DNA of 64,000 nucleotides. Origin: Octopus vulgaris. Its lineage: Eukaryota. The number at the start of each line of letters is the position of its first letter. Position 1 is the stretch's first letter. Shown in pieces: positions 38,818-51,439 of the stretch. The position numbers and the translations under genes were made by a program. Under the pieces are notes generated by a model. It saw only the letters and a program-made list of their open reading frames with translations. It had not been told where the DNA came from and made no database searches. The stretch is taken from contig OX597842.1 of NCBI GenBank assembly GCA_951406725.2, positions 1,922,001 to 1,986,000 of the forward strand. The letters are read 5' to 3'.

Positions 38818-40966
38818 TCATATGTTGTGGTGTGCGCTATTGCTCCATTCTAGTTTTCTATTCAGGCTAGGTTTATTTTCTATTATATGTGTAGCTTCTG
38901 TAATTTGTCTAATTGTTGCATCTGTTCTATGTGTGGACAATATCTCAATCTCTATGTTATTGATTGATCCCCCGTGTTCTTGTTCGGCGTGTTGGTACAG
39001 AATCGATGAGCTTTTACCTTCCTTGAGTTGTCTCCAATGTTCATTCACCCGCTCACCAATGCTTCTTGCAGTTTCCCCTACGTATGTTACTGTCTTGTTA
39101 CTGCATCTTCCCTCTATACATCTTATACTATAGACCACATTTCTGGCTTTACAGTTCGTTTGTGGGCTAAATCTACATACAGTGCAATAGTTATCCGTAC
39201 AGAGAGTTCTACTAAAAGGATAGGTTCTACCAATTATAGATCTGATAGGGTTGCCTGGCTTTTCAACAACCTTAATTCTTAGTTTAAGTTTATCTAGGGT
39301 CCTTCTAAAGCGGTACGCTAGTTCACCTCCAGGGGTGGTGTCAACGAACATGACACTCTGGTATTTATGGCTATCATACCAAGAGTTGGCCTTCCTTATT
39401 TTCTTTTTGTCCTTTCTATAGTGTTCCATGACTTGTTCCTATAGAGTGGGCAAATCCCATTCCTATCATTACATAATATATTATCAAATTTCTTCATGGC
39501 TCCTTTGTATACTCTGATCCTTTCTTTATGGCTGTAACCTGAGAACTGCATGCGGTGAATGAAATACTGTATGTGTCTCTTTAATTCTGTAGGCTCGCAC
39601 ATGCGTGACACATTTCTCATTATTCTGACGAGGTCTGCCATCAAAATATTGAATTTGGCATTGCCCGCAATGGCTGAGTTCCGGTGGATCAGGTATTTTG
39701 AGGCCATAGGTTTTGCATAGTATGAATGAAGGATTTGGGTTTTATTTTTCACAATTTCTAGCCAGAGTTCAGTGTCTAGTACTGGTAGTCTATGGTTGGG
39801 GTGTTTAGTGGGGTAGTCTATTGTGACCTTAATACTCTGGTGGATGGAGTTAGCTATTTGCTGGATGCTCTCCATAGTATTAGTTTCTATTACTATATCA
39901 ACCGTACTCTCTTGTGGGGGTGCCTTTACTACTATATTGATATCATCAACATAGCGAGAGTACATGTTTACGAGTATGGATTTCTGCAGTAGGCATTCTT
40001 TAAGCCTTCTGTCCCACCATACCATGAAGAGGTTGGCCACATCACCAGCGATACTAACACCGATGGCTGCCCCCTCGTCCTGGGCATATATTTTATTATT
40101 AAATTTAAATGTGTGGCCTTTTAGGGTAACTCTTATACTAGCTCCTAGTGCATGTGCGATCATTTTCTTTACCTGATGGACATTTGCGGGGATCCGTATG
40201 GCTCTGGTCCATCCGCGCCATCTTTCTATATGTGTCTTCCTAGCCATAGAAGTAATTGTAGGCGGTCTACCTCTTAAACATCTACTGGGGCAGAAACTAC
40301 TAAGATTATGTTTATCTAAGTATTCACTATTATATGTCAGTCTAAGTAGGAGGCCCAGTTCTTCTGTGTCGACATTACAGAACTCCACCTGGCTCTCGTT
40401 GATCATCTCCACGCACTTCTCCACTGCAAAATCTACGTCAATCGATGGGTATAAGGATACCACATCCATGCTACCTACTATACATCCTGTCAAGTCACAA
40501 GTTTTGTTACAGTCACTGATCCTGCTTAGGAGATCTTCTGTGCTGTCACATACATCAGGTGACATCCTGATTATAGGGCGTATGATCATTGAGAGGAAGT
40601 AGGAGATTCTGTAATTGCTAGCGATATTCGCTCCACAGACTGGTCTTGTTGGTGGTCCTGCTATAGGGTCAGTAAAACCTTTATGGTCCTTGCGAAGTCC
40701 ATACAGTGCCGGGATATCATTGTTCCAGGCTTGGAAATTCTTTGCAGTACGTTTCTGAGGTCCCAGAACAATTGTCCACATCATCATGTGGGCATTGAGG
40801 ACCTTTTCTCTCTCCTCATGCGCCTGTACAGTTGTTACTTTTGTATTGGCGATATGAGGTTGCATTGCCTGGATGTAGTTCGGTAAGCTGTCTATTGACA
40901 TCCTGCCTGACTTATCCGTGGGAAGGCATATCACCTCTCCGTTCCTCGTGCGCTGAATGAGTGAAT
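38818..40966 (-). pseudogene. PLE RT/GIY-YIG ORF with a 1-bp frameshift
   Basis: A5 instead of A6 at ~39404-39408 splits it into track ORFs 39396..41039 and 38818..39429; could be a homopolymer sequencing error. Confidence 0.85.
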
Positions 40967-42905
40967 GAAACGTACTGCAAAGAATTTCCAAGCCTGGAAC
41001 AATGATATCCCGGCACTGTATGGACTTCGCAAGGACCATAAAGGTTTTACTGACCCTATAGCAGGACCACCAACAAGACCAGTCTGTGGAGCGAATATCG
41101 CTAGCAATTACAGAATCTCCTACTTCCTCTCAATGATCATACGCCCTATAATCAGGATGTCACCTGATGTATGTGACAGCACAGAAGATCTCCTAAGCAG
41201 GATCAGTGACTGTAACAAAACTTGTGACTTGACAGGATGTATAGTAGGTAGCATGGATGTGGTATCCTTATACCCATCGATTGACGTAGATTTTGCAGTG
41301 GAGAAGTGCGTGGAGATGATCAACGAGAGCCAGGTGGAGTTCTGTAATGTCGACACAGAAGAACTGGGCCTCCTACTTAGACTGACATATAATAGTGAAT
41401 ACTTAGATAAACATAATCTTAGTAGTTTCTGCCCCAGTAGATGTTTAAGAGGTAGACCGCCTACAATTACTTCTATGGCTAGGAAGACACATATAGAAAG
41501 ATGGCGCGGATGGACCAGAGCCATACGGATCCCCGCAAATGTCCATCAGGTAAAGAAAATGATCGCACATGCACTAGGAGCTAGTATAAGAGTTACCCTA
41601 AAAGGCCACACATTTAAATTTAATAATAAAATATATGCCCAGGACGAGGGGGCAGCCATCGGTGTTAGTATCGCTGGTGATGTGGCCAACCTCTTCATGG
41701 TATGGTGGGACAGAAGGCTTAAAGAATGCCTACTGCAGAAATCCATACTCGTAAACATGTACTCTCGCTATGTTGATGATATCAATATAGTAGTAAAGGC
41801 ACCCCCACAAGAGAGTACGGTTGATATAGTAATAGAAACTAATACTATGGAGAGCATCCAGCAAATAGCTAACTCCATCCACCAGAGTATTAAGGTCACA
41901 ATAGACTACCCCACTAAACACCCTAACCATAGACTACCAGTACTAGACACTGAACTCTGGCTAGAAATTGTGAAAAATAAAACCCAAATCCTTCATTCAT
42001 ACTATGCAAAACCTATGGCCTCAAAATACCTGATCCACCGGAACTCAGCCATTGCGGGCAATGCCAAATTCAATATTTTGATGGCAGACCTCGTCAGAAT
42101 AATGAGAAATGTGTCACGCATGTGCGAGCCTACAGAATTAAAGAGACACATACAGTATTTCATTCACCGCATGCAGTTCTCAGGTTACAGCCATAAAGAA
42201 AGGATCAGAGTATACAAAGGAGCCATGAAGAAATTTGATAATATATTATGTAATGATAGGAATGGGATTTGCCCACTCTATAGGAACAAGTCATGGAACA
42301 CTATAGAAAGGACAAAAAAGAAAATAAGGAAGGCCAACTCTTGGTATGATAGCCATAAATACCAGAGTGTCATGTTCGTTGACACCACCCCTGGAGGTGA
42401 ACTAGCGTACCGCTTTAGAAGGACCCTAGATAAACTTAAACTAAGAATTAAGGTTGTTGAAAAGCCAGGCAACCCTATCAGATCTATAATTGGTAGAACC
42501 TATCCTTTTAGTAGAACTCTCTGTACGGATAACTATTGCACTGTATGTAGATTTAGCCCACAAACGAACTGTAAAGCCAGAAATGTGGTCTATAGTATAA
42601 GATGTATAGAGGGAAGATGCAGTAACAAGACAGTAACATACGTAGGGGAAACTGCAAGAAGCATTGGTGAGCGGGTGAATGAACATTGGAGACAACTCAA
42701 GGAAGGTAAAAGCTCATCGATTCTGTACCAACACGCCGAACAAGAACACGGGGGATCAATCAATAACATAGAGATTAAGATATTGTCCACACATAGAACA
42801 GATGCAACAATTAGACAAATTACAGAAGCTACACATATAATAGAAAATAAACCTAGCCTGAATAGAAAACTAGAATGGAGCAATAGCGCACACCACAACA
42901 TATGA
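40965..42905 (+). CDS. Penelope-like reverse transcriptase + GIY-YIG endonuclease, 646 aa, N-terminally truncated
   Basis: RT motifs [33 protein letters not shown]; Cys linker CTDNYCTVC; [39 protein letters not shown]. Confidence 0.95.
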   Translation: MKRTAKNFQAWNNDIPALYGLRKDHKGFTDPIAGPPTRPVCGANIASNYRISYFLSMIIRPIIRMSPDVCDSTEDLLSRISDCNKTCDLTGCIVGSMDVVSLYPSIDVDFAVEKCVEMINESQVEFCNVDTEELGLLLRLTYNSEYLDKHNLSSFCPSRCLRGRPPTITSMARKTHIERWRGWTRAIRIPANVHQVKKMIAHALGASIRVTLKGHTFKFNNKIYAQDEGAAIGVSIAGDVANLFMVWWDRRLKECLLQKSILVNMYSRYVDDINIVVKAPPQESTVDIVIETNTMESIQQIANSIHQSIKVTIDYPTKHPNHRLPVLDTELWLEIVKNKTQILHSYYAKPMASKYLIHRNSAIAGNAKFNILMADLVRIMRNVSRMCEPTELKRHIQYFIHRMQFSGYSHKERIRVYKGAMKKFDNILCNDRNGICPLYRNKSWNTIERTKKKIRKANSWYDSHKYQSVMFVDTTPGGELAYRFRRTLDKLKLRIKVVEKPGNPIRSIIGRTYPFSRTLCTDNYCTVCRFSPQTNCKARNVVYSIRCIEGRCSNKTVTYVGETARSIGERVNEHWRQLKEGKSSSILYQHAEQEHGGSINNIEIKILSTHRTDATIRQITEATHIIENKPSLNRKLEWSNSAHHNI

Positions 42906-43576
42906 CAATAGTGGATCCTGCAAACATAATAAATACACAGGTAATTAAAGAAATAGAAATGAATATCTATATGTATGTATATGTGTATATATATGTATAT
43001 GTATATGTGTATATGTGTGTGTATATATGTATATATATATATGTATATGTATATGTATGTATATATATATATATGTATATGTATATTCTTTTTTTTTTTT
43101 TTTTCTCGATTAGATTTATTATTATTATTACTAATATTGTTGTTATACATACATACAAGCATATGTAATGATAATAATGGGTGGATGTAAACACATGAAC
43201 AAAATTAGAACAAAAGCAACAACAACAAAAACAAAATACAAATTACAAGAATGTATATAACCAGAAGATACAAATATTACAGACATCCCCCCCCACACAC
43301 TAAATAAACATAGACGCACATAGAGATATAAGCATGCGCAAATGAAGACATACAATAGAAATACAAAATGGCTGACGGTTAGTAAGGAGAGACACAAGTA
43401 AGTGAGAAGAAAACAAAGGACCACTGATGCGGTCACAGGAGTGTGACGAAAGAACTTTGGCCAAAATAAGATTAAGATTAATGTAAAAAATAAATATCAC
43501 TGAAGCAAAATAACACCAAATATATAGTGCGTGTGTTTTTATTGGCTAAACTGGCAATATGACCATTCCGAAATAT

Positions 43577-43584
<8 letters not shown>
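40967..43584 (+). mobile_element. Penelope-like element, right copy
   Basis: Reverse complement of 38134-40755; runs into (TA)n at ~43581. Confidence 0.95.
43418..43462 (+). ncRNA. Variant minimal hammerhead motif in PLE 3' region (right copy)
   Basis: ggacca-CTGATGC-g-gtcaca ggag tgtgac-GAAA-gaacTT-tggcc; A9C change plus one extra nt before stem II. Confidence 0.6.
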
Positions 43585-43619
<35 letters not shown>

Positions 43620-43688
43620 GTATGTATGTATGTATGTATGTACAACTATGTATTTATATGTGCATGTCTATAAATGTCTATCTATTTA

Positions 43689-43743
<55 letters not shown>

Positions 43744-44178
43744 ATTTAGAAGTAATTGCTTATCCTTTCAGTTTAGATTGCAACTAATAGTTTTGCCCTT
43801 CAATGGTACTTGAGATAATATTTTAATCTGCCTTTATTATTTGTTGACTGCAAAAACTATAATAGCAATAAATCTCTCCCCTATTGTGTTTGAATTACAG
43901 AGTGAAGCATTTGCATAAAGAGATCTGCTGCTCTAATCATTTTGTCTGTATATTTGCATCCATGCGTGTATGGTGCTCAGCATTCCAGCTGAATGTGAGT
44001 ATATATGTGTGTGTGTGTGTGTGTCTGTGTGTGTGTGTGTGTTCGAGTATCTTATGTGTTTGCCAGAACTGTTTGATGTGTATTATATATATATATGTAT
44101 ATATATACATACATATATATATACACACACATGCATATATGTATATATACACACATACATATATATATACACACAGAC

Positions 44179-44263
<85 letters not shown>

Positions 44264-44276
44264 CATGCACACAGAC

Positions 44277-44308
<32 letters not shown>

Positions 44309-45577
44309 GTATATATATGCAAACATATGTATTTTATATATATAGAGAGAGACAGAGATAGACAGACAGAGAAAGATACATACATGTATATATACATGTC
44401 TATATGAATGTATTTATATGTATATTTGAGTGTGTTTATATACATATAAATATATAAACATGTTTATATATGTATACTTATATATACATTTACACACATA
44501 AATATATGCACCCACACACATACATACATATATATACATAAATAAGCACACACATATATAATCACATATATACATATACATCTATACATAAATGTATACG
44601 CACACATATATAATCACATATATATATATACATATAGATCTATACATATGTATATACATTTATGTATCCATTATATATTTCTACATATAAAAAGATATAT
44701 ATCTATACACATATCTATTATACATACACACACATGCATGCATCTCTATGAAATCATACTTATTATAGCATAGCTCTGCAAACTTCCAGCTTATGAAAGA
44801 AACGCAGGTCATAGAAATCTAATTACATGTCTACCCTGAAAGTCCTCATTCCATACACAAAAGAAAAGCAAAACATACAACAAGTAAAATAAACATCAAA
44901 GGAAAAATATATTCCCTCGGGATATTTCTGTCCTCGCTATTACGATATCTATATTGCGATATCTAGATTGTTTTCCCCTTGTTGTACTAGTTGATCTGAT
45001 ATGGTTATTGTGAGTTTGTCATTGAAGGAGAGGATGCGGATATTTTCATACATAAAGACTTTAGAGAAAATATAGATCGAATGTAAGTGTAAGCTGAGCT
45101 GTGTGGTTAATATGATAGATTGGCAAACCACGAGATTTCAGGTTCAGTCCCATGTCATGGCACACCAAGAGTGGCTCTGTGGTAAGCTTGCTTCTTATAC
45201 ACAAAAATGGCGGTGAGTTGGCAGAAATGTTAACACACTGGGCAAAATACTATCGGCATTTCGTCTGCTGTTACGTTCTGAGTTCAAATTCCGCCGAGGT
45301 TGACTTTGCCTTTCATCCTTTCGGGGTCGATTAAATAAGTACCAGTTACGCACTGGAGTCGATATAATCGACTTAATCCCTTTGTCTGTCCTTGTTTGTC
45401 CCCTCTGTGTTTAGCCCCTTGTGGGCAATAAAGAAATAAGAAGCTTGCTTCTCAACCACATGGCTCTGGATTCAGTCCTACTGCATGACACCTTGAGCAA
45501 GACTCTTCTACTATAGCCTCAGGCCAACCATAGCCTTCTGAGTGGATTTGGTAGATGGAAACTAGAAGAAACTCATC

Positions 45578-45610
<33 letters not shown>

Positions 45611-45613
<3 letters not shown>

Positions 45614-46888
45614 CTTGTTCTCCTTGTCCTGTCTCTCACTGTTATATATTTATTTTTCCACTGTTTATATATATATTTTTTACTGTTTATATGTTTGTAC
45701 TGTCGTTACCGTCTTGCTTTTTTTACCCCTCTGCGACAAGATCTCAGAATTTTAATTGATTTGCTTTTCGCAGGAAGGAATTTTTCATTCGAAGTATACG
45801 TCTCGCTTTTATCCTTCGAAACGTTTAGTAGATGAAACTTTAGCGACTGAAGAAGGGGATTTTTCGTTGTGCTTATTGTCCTGTATCTCCTTTTTTTTTG
45901 CCTGTCTTGTTCCTTGGTTTGTGTCTATGTTTTTCGTCTCTCTATGTGTTCGACGTCTTTTTGGTGTCCTGTACACATATATGCGTGTATATGTACATGT
46001 AGAGGTAGGTACGTACATATATGTTTATATATATGCATATATTTTATTAACATATTATACGACTAAACGCACGCACCCTATTAAGTAAGATTGTTCTGTT
46101 TATCAAGTTCGCCTTGATATTAACTCTCACGCGACTCTGCATCTTTCTTTCTTTCTCTCCCATTCCCTTTTTCGTCTTTTTTCCCTCACTTAACTTGTCT
46201 CTTCCTCTCTCTCTCCCCCTCACTGTTCTTCATGGTCTCCTCGCACCATTCCCCTTCTTCTCTCTCTTCCTCTTGCTCCTCCTCCCCCATTCCCGTCGTC
46301 CATCTGCGACGTACTTCCGTCGTAACTGCTATCCCGTCCTTTCTCGCCCGCCTTCTAAGGCCACTGGTCGACATCTTCCTCTCTCGTCGTCCACTATAAT
46401 CCAGCGTTTGCAATACTTTTTTCGTCTGGCGTTAACAGCCCTTCTTATCTTGTTCTCCTTGTCCTGTCTCTCACTGTTATATATTTATTTTTCCACTGTT
46501 TATATATATATTTTTTACTGTTTATATGTTTGTACTGTCGTTACCGTCTTGCTTTTTTTACCCCTCTGCGACAAGATCTCAGAATTTTAATTGATTTGCT
46601 TTTCGCAGGAAGGAATTTTTCATTCGAAGTATACGTCTCGCTTTTATCCTTCGAAACGTTTAGTAGATGAAACTTTAGCGACTGAAGAAGGGGATTTTTC
46701 GTTGTGCTTATTGTCCTGTATCTCCTTTTTTTTGCCTGTCTTGTTCCTTGGTTTGTGTCTATGTTTTTCGTCTCTCTATGTGTTCGACGTCTTTTTGGTG
46801 TCCTGTACACATATATGCGTGTATATGTACATGTAGAGGTAGGTACATACATATATGTTTATATATATGCATATATTTTATTAACATA
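45611..46888 (+). mobile_element. Non-coding partial-tandem element: 835-bp unit with ~442-bp direct terminal repeats, at (TA)n
   Basis: 45611-46053 is nearly identical to 46446-46888; another copy at 3650-4179; strand assignment is tentative. Confidence 0.85.
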
Positions 46889-47799
46889 TATATGTATATA
46901 TATGTACATACTTGTATAAGTGTGTGTCTGTGTTTGTCCCACCACCATTGCTTGACAACTGCTGTTGGTGTGTTTACATCCTCATAACACCAATAGAATA
47001 AGTACTAGCCTTACACAGAATAAGTCCTGGAGTTGATCAGTTCAACTAAAACCTTTTAAGGTGGTGCTCCAGCATGGCCACAGTCAAATGACTGAAGCAA
47101 GTAAGAAAATAAAAGAATAACTCCAGGGTAACCAAAGATTTGTAAGTGAATTTTGTAGGTGGAAACTGAAAGAAGTCCTAGGTATGGCTGTGTGGTAAGC
47201 TTGTTACCCTACCACATGGTTCCAGGTTCAGTCCCACTGCATGGCACCTTGGGCAAGTGTCTTCTACTATAGCCTCAAGCTGACCAAAGCCTTGCGAGTG
47301 GATTTGGTAGACGGAAATTGAAAGAAGCCTATTGTGGCTGTGTGGTAAGAAGTTTGCTATCCAACCACAAGGTTCCGGGTTCAGTCACACTGCATGGCAC
47401 CTTGGGCAAGTGTCTTCTACTATAGCCTCAAGCTGACCAAAGCCTTGTGAGCGGATTTGGTAGATAGAAACTGTATTTCATCTGCCATTATGTTCTGAGT
47501 TCAAATTCCACTGAGGTCGACTTTGCCTTTCATCTTCTCGGGTTCAATAAATTAAGTACCAGTTACACACTGGGGTCGATATAATCAACTTAATCCCTTT
47601 GTCTCTCCTTGTTTGTCCCCTCTATGTTTAGCCCTTTGTGGGTAATAAAGAAATAAGAAACTGAAAGAAGCCCGTCGCATATACATATACATATCTACAT
47701 ACAAGGTGACCCAAATGTAGATTTACAGTTATTCAATCATTTCTTTTGCATTTATATATTAACAGTTTAAATCTTAATTAGTAAAAAATAGGAAACTAT

Positions 47800-47973
47800 T
47801 AGGCGCAGGAGTGGCTGTGTGGTAAGTAGCTTGCTAACCAACCACATGGTTGCGGATTCAGTCCCACTGCGTGGCATCTTGGGCAAGTGTCTTCTGCTAT
47901 AGCCCCAGGCCGACCAATGCCTTGTGAGTGGATTTGGTAGCCGGAAACTGAAAGAAGCCTGTCGTATATATGT

Positions 47974-48018
<45 letters not shown>

Positions 48019-48230
48019 CATGCATGTTTGCGTGTCTGTGTTTGTCCCCCTAGAATTGTTTGACAACCGATGCTGGTGTGTTTACGTCCCCGTCACTTAG
48101 CGGTTTAGCAAAAGTGGCTGATAGAATAAGTACTGGGCTTCCAAAGAATAAGTCCCGGGGTCGATTTGCTCAATTAAAGGCGGTGCTCCAGCATGGCCGC
48201 AGTCAAATGACTGAAACAAGTAAAAGACTA
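47800..48230 (+). mobile_element. SINE family A, full length
   Basis: Family head and tail. Confidence 0.9.
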
Positions 48231-48640
48231 AAAAAGAAAAAAAATCAAATAATATCATTTGATTCTTCATTTGAAGAATTTTTAATAGGAAATATCATAC
48301 ATGTTTCTGCTATATGTACAAACTTGTGTAATGGTGAACAAATAATGCAAAAAAATATTTCCAGCCTCACGTTTTGATATATAATTATCTGCAAAACTAT
48401 TTTCCAGTATTTTCAACTTTATACGACAGGCTTCTTTCAGTTTCTATCTACAAAATCAAATCACAAGGCTTTGTAGTAAAAGAGACTTGTGCAAGGTAGC
48501 ATGTGGTGGGATAGAACCCAGAGCCATGTGGTTAAGAAGTAAGCTTATTACCACACAACCATGTCTGTATATGTATAAGTGCATAGATGTATGTACTTTA
48601 AGATTGCACATAGGTAGAGCAATACTAATAACTTGGTGTG

Positions 48641-48691
<51 letters not shown>

Positions 48692-49016
48692 TAAATTAGA
48701 GATAAAACCACTGTAAGTTTGGATTTATTCCTAATATTATTATATATATATATATATATACATATATATACATGCACATACATACATACATACATACATA
48801 CACATATTTATGTGTGTCTATATATACACATATATATGTACATATATATACACACACATATATATACACACATATATACATATTAAACATATACACACAT
48901 ATATATACACATATATATATACACAAATATACATATATATGTATTTATACACTTATACATATATATATAATTATACACATATACATATATAAACATATAT
49001 ACATATATAGACACAG

Positions 49017-49054
<38 letters not shown>

Positions 49055-49627
49055 TTATATACATATATATACACACACATATATACATATACCCATATAT
49101 ACACATATGTACATATACACACACACACAAATATACAATAATCAATGGGGATATGAGCCATCGTGGCAATCATCTCATCACCACTTCATATAGACTCCTG
49201 GCTAGCATAGTATTATTCTATCAAACAAAAAAGGATCAATCATACTTCAAAAAACAATAAAAAAAAAAGGGTTCACTTTGCAAATGCAGTAAGCCTGGCA
49301 GATTGTAATATAATTAATTTAATTGCAGGAAAAACAATACTTTGCACAAGAAATTTGTGTTTACGCACATGTGGGTGTGTGCCTATGTGTATGTAGGCAT
49401 GTATGAACAATGCCATGTGTGAGCCTGTTTTGAAAAAAACAAAAAATATAATGCAAGGGAAATAACTTGTAATACCCAACTAGGGAGGCTGACAACTGGT
49501 TATAAATATTCCAGCACCCATCCAGATCTTGTTCATCAACATAAGGATAAAATTACATATATATATATATTTCTCTTTGTTCATGTTTGGATTATATATA
49601 TATATAAAGATATGTAGATAGATAGTA

Positions 49628-49671
<44 letters not shown>

Positions 49672-49685
49672 ATACGTAGATAGTA

Positions 49686-49723
<38 letters not shown>

Positions 49724-49791
49724 ATACGTAGATAGATAGATAGTAGTATATATATATATATATATAAAGATACGTAGATAGATAGATAGTA

Positions 49792-49825
<34 letters not shown>

Positions 49826-49938
49826 AGTAGTCATTAAAATATTTATTCTTATGGTTAATTTAGCAAAAACCAAAGTGTGTGTGTGTGTGTGTGCATAGTT
49901 GGAGTTATGTACAAATATATTTATATTTGTTTATATTA

Positions 49939-50310
49939 TAGGCGCAGGAGTGGCTGTGTGGTAAGTAGCTTGCTTACCAACCACATGGTTCCGGGTTCAG
50001 TCCCACTGCGTGGCACCTTGGGCAAGTGTCTTCTACTATAGTCTCGGGCCGACCAAAGCCTTGTGAGTGGATTTGGTAGACGGAAACTGTGTGTGTGTGT
50101 GTTTGTGTTTGTCCCCCTAGCATTGCTTGACAACCGATGCTGGTGTGTTTATGTCGCCGTCACTTAGCGGTTCGGCAAAAGAGACCGATAGAATAAGTAC
50201 TGGGCTTACAAAGAATAAGTCCCGGAGTCGATTTGCTCGACTAAAGGTGGTGCTCCAGCATGGCCACAGTCAAATGACTGAAACAAGTAAAAGAGTAAAA
50301 GAGAAAGAGT
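49939..50310 (+). mobile_element. SINE family A
   Basis: Family head and tail. Confidence 0.9.
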
Positions 50311-50342
50311 ATATAAAGATAGATACGTGGATAGATATATAG

Positions 50343-50379
<37 letters not shown>

Positions 50380-50559
50380 GAGATAGATAGATAGATAGAT
50401 AGATATACAGTAGTATATATATATATATATATATCCTTAATAATGAAGGGTGAAATTATTGACTGCTATTTCTAAATTCGGTATGTGGTAAGGCAATTCG
50501 TTGCCAAACCCTTTATTGCTTAGTATATATATATATATATATATAATGAAGCTAGTATG

Positions 50560-51240
50560 CTCTGCTGGATGTGTAATGTCAGTGTGCATACACAACAGAG
50601 TGTAAGCACGCTAAGAGGAACGTTAGACATAAGAAGCATCAGATATGGTGTGCAAGAGAGATGACTGTGCTGGTATGGTCATATGATGCAAATGGATGAG
50701 GATAGCTGCGTGAATAAGAGTGACACCCTAACAATGGATGGAACAGGTGGAAGGAGTAAACTTAGGAAGACATGGGATGAGATGATGAAGCACAACCTTT
50801 GAATATAGGGCCTCACAGAGGCAACGAGAAGTGACCAAGACCTTTGGTGATATGCTGTGCTTGAGAAGACCTGTTGAGTCAAGTGAAATCAGTTGTGGCT
50901 GATGCCAATGCCACCTGACTAGCACCTGTGCCAGTGGCATGTAAAAAGCACCATTCAAGCTTGGTCGATGCCAGTGTTGCCTGACTGGCTCCCATACTGG
51001 TGGCAGGTAAAAAGCACCACTTGAGTGTTGTTGATGCCAGTGTCACCAGACTGGCCCCATGCCAGTGGCACGTATAAAGCACTCACTACATTCTTGGAGT
51101 GGTTGGTGTTAAGAAGAGCATCCAGCTGTAGAAACCTTGCCAGATCAGACTGGAGCCTGATGCAGCCACCTGGCTTACTAGTCCACAGTCAAACCGTCCA
51201 ACCCATGCCAGCATGGAAACCAGACGTTAAAAAAAGATGA
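50560..51240 (+). mobile_element. Old RTE-like LINE 3' remnant continuing into the (GAT)n-tailed element end
   Basis: Decayed LCWYGHMMQMDEDS..RKTWDEMMK-like translation, then family 3' motifs. Confidence 0.55.
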
Positions 51241-51439
51241 ACACATACACAGGAACAATTATATATATAAATACACACACACACACACATATATATACAT
51301 ATATAAATGTGTGTATGTGTGTATTTATTGGTATTTAGCAGAAGCAACAGAGTGACTCGTAGAGCTGTGGGTTAAACTCATTCAAAGGTCTTCGGCCTGT
51401 AACTAGATTAATTAGTTCCTACACACAACACTCTCGGAC

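Larger units (their letters stand above)
38080..40966 (-). mobile_element. Penelope-like element, left copy (5'-truncated, retains TDKSG motif)
   Basis: Encodes ..[38 protein letters not shown], then GIY-YIG; ~740-bp 3' non-coding region ending at (TA)n. Confidence 0.95.

Noticed and set aside
40967-41039. N-terminus MVLAKSIQC.. of the 547-aa minus ORF
   Set aside because: Antisense read-through of the right palindrome arm; not native PLE sequence
44949-45053. MYEN.. ORF as the STPG2-like first exon
   Set aside because: Lacks the GPGxY motif and ends in a stop rather than a splice donor
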